A stretch of DNA of 64,000 nt from an uncultured Chlamydiales bacterium (GTDB lineage Bacteria > Chlamydiota > Chlamydiia > Chlamydiales > JAAKFR01), in assembly GCA_963705695.1 (NCBI GenBank), contig CAVPKN010000012.1, positions 12,702-76,701 on the forward strand. The letters run 5' to 3'. This document shows, piece by piece, positions 62,751-64,000 of this stretch. Under the pieces are notes generated by a model, which made no database searches, was not told the DNA's origin, and saw only the letters and a program-made list of their open reading frames with translations. The position numbers were made by a program, and so were the translations under genes. The stretch's first letter is position 1, and the number at the start of each line of letters is the position of its first letter.

Positions 62751-62841
62751 TAACAAGAAGTAACTTGCCGCCAATCAAAATTGTTTTCCTTTTCCCATGC
62801 TTTTGTTAGAGTGTGTGTTCTCAAAGTCGGGTTTTTTTTGC

Positions 62842-64000
62842 GTGCTCCGTAAATTTCTCGATTTTCAACTCTCTTTCTTTGAAAAGGGCAAACCTCTCCA
62901 GCGTTTTCGTCCCCTGATTTCAGCTGCCGACACATTTTGTTATGAACCCCCTATCAATACAAAAAGAGCTCCTTTTTAGTGATGCGATCGATGTCAAGCG
63001 GTGGATGGTCTTGGTTTTGTTGCCCTATTGCCAACTATTTTAATGGCCATTTGGAATACAGGCCTTCAAAAAATGGTCTATGCAAGCGGCGATTCACATT
63101 TGATGAAAGACTATTTAAAGCCTCTAAATCCTTCCGAGGCTATTTTGATTTTGTTTTTTCCCAGGGGCGTATCTGACGATTTTAAAAGTAGGAGCTCTTG
63201 CTTTTATTCCCGTGATGGTGATTAGTTACCTCGTGGGAGGCATCTGTGAAGGGATTTTTGCCTCTCTTTATGGGCATGAAATCGCTAGAAGGATTTTTAG
63301 TCACAGGGATGCTCTATCCCTTATTCTTCCTCCTACCATTCCCTATTGGATGGTCGCACTTAGGTGTTGCTTTCGGTGTGGTCGTGGGTAAGGAGCTGTT
63401 TGGTGGGACAGGGATGAACATTTTAAATCCGGCACTTGACAGCTCGCTGTTTTTTATTTTTCACGTTTCCTGGAAAAATGACAGGGGATGTCTGGGTAGG
63501 AACCAACCCCACGACAATCAGTACGAGTTTGCAAACAAATGAATAGCCAAGCGGGATTAAGTGAGATCGACGGCTATACACAAGCTACTCCTCTACAAGG
63601 TTTTAATGCAGCCATTCCGGAAATCAAACAGATCCACATCGATGCGATTGCTAGCCACACACTCGGGAGTAAAGCTTCCCATTATCGATCTCATCCAAAC
63701 CCATTTTGAACAGTGGAAGAGCGCATCTGTATCAGCCGGCGATTATGCCCAGTTGACTGCCGAGCAGCTACACAGCTTTGTCACAGCCTCTGTCGAACAA
63801 GGGGGCTTAGGCGCTCATTCCTGGCAACTATATTGCTGCTCACCACGCTGCTGAGTCTATTTATGGATTAGGTACATTTCACGGATGGGAACCTATTTTG
63901 GGGAAACATTGTCGGCTGCATGGGTGAAACCTCAAAGTTAGCCTGTCTCCTCGGCGCCCTTTTCCTGATTTGGACCGGGATTGGTTCTTGGCGAACCATG
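62842..64000 (+). CDS. nqrB: Na+-NQR subunit B (frameshifted, runs off window end)
   Basis: [41 protein letters not shown]. Confidence 0.92.

Overview
Chromosomal window of an environmental member of Chlamydiota. The assignment rests on gene content and order: ADP/ATP translocase, ytgA-D with a YtgC-DtxR fusion, CIRCE-hrcA-grpE-dnaK, amiA-murE-ftsI-ftsL-rsmH, and TPR chaperone-dnaA-bactofilin-nqrB. Positions 1-22.6 kb are largely accessory: Pit transport, MFS and RND efflux, adenylate cyclase, a GNAT/DUF1778 toxin-antitoxin pair, a triplicated Inc-like membrane family, a sigma54-promoter/YciF stress locus and a Cys-rich secreted repeat protein. Positions 22.8-64 kb are mostly core genes. Many of them are broken by indels that most likely reflect consensus sequencing errors. 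The most striking unannotated signal is a dense set of short palindromic, MITE/RPE-like elements (about 9 families, 15 or more copies, no transposase in the window). Several sit exactly on stop codons and regenerate them. One family (GAACCTATC...GATAGGTTC flanked by AT) splits the ftsI/murE ATGA overlap while supplying a new stop, a bridging ORF, an SD-like motif and the start. Two tandem families of Inc-like membrane proteins show recent duplication, and one of them shows a gene-conversion tract. All calls were made by eye; no searches were run.
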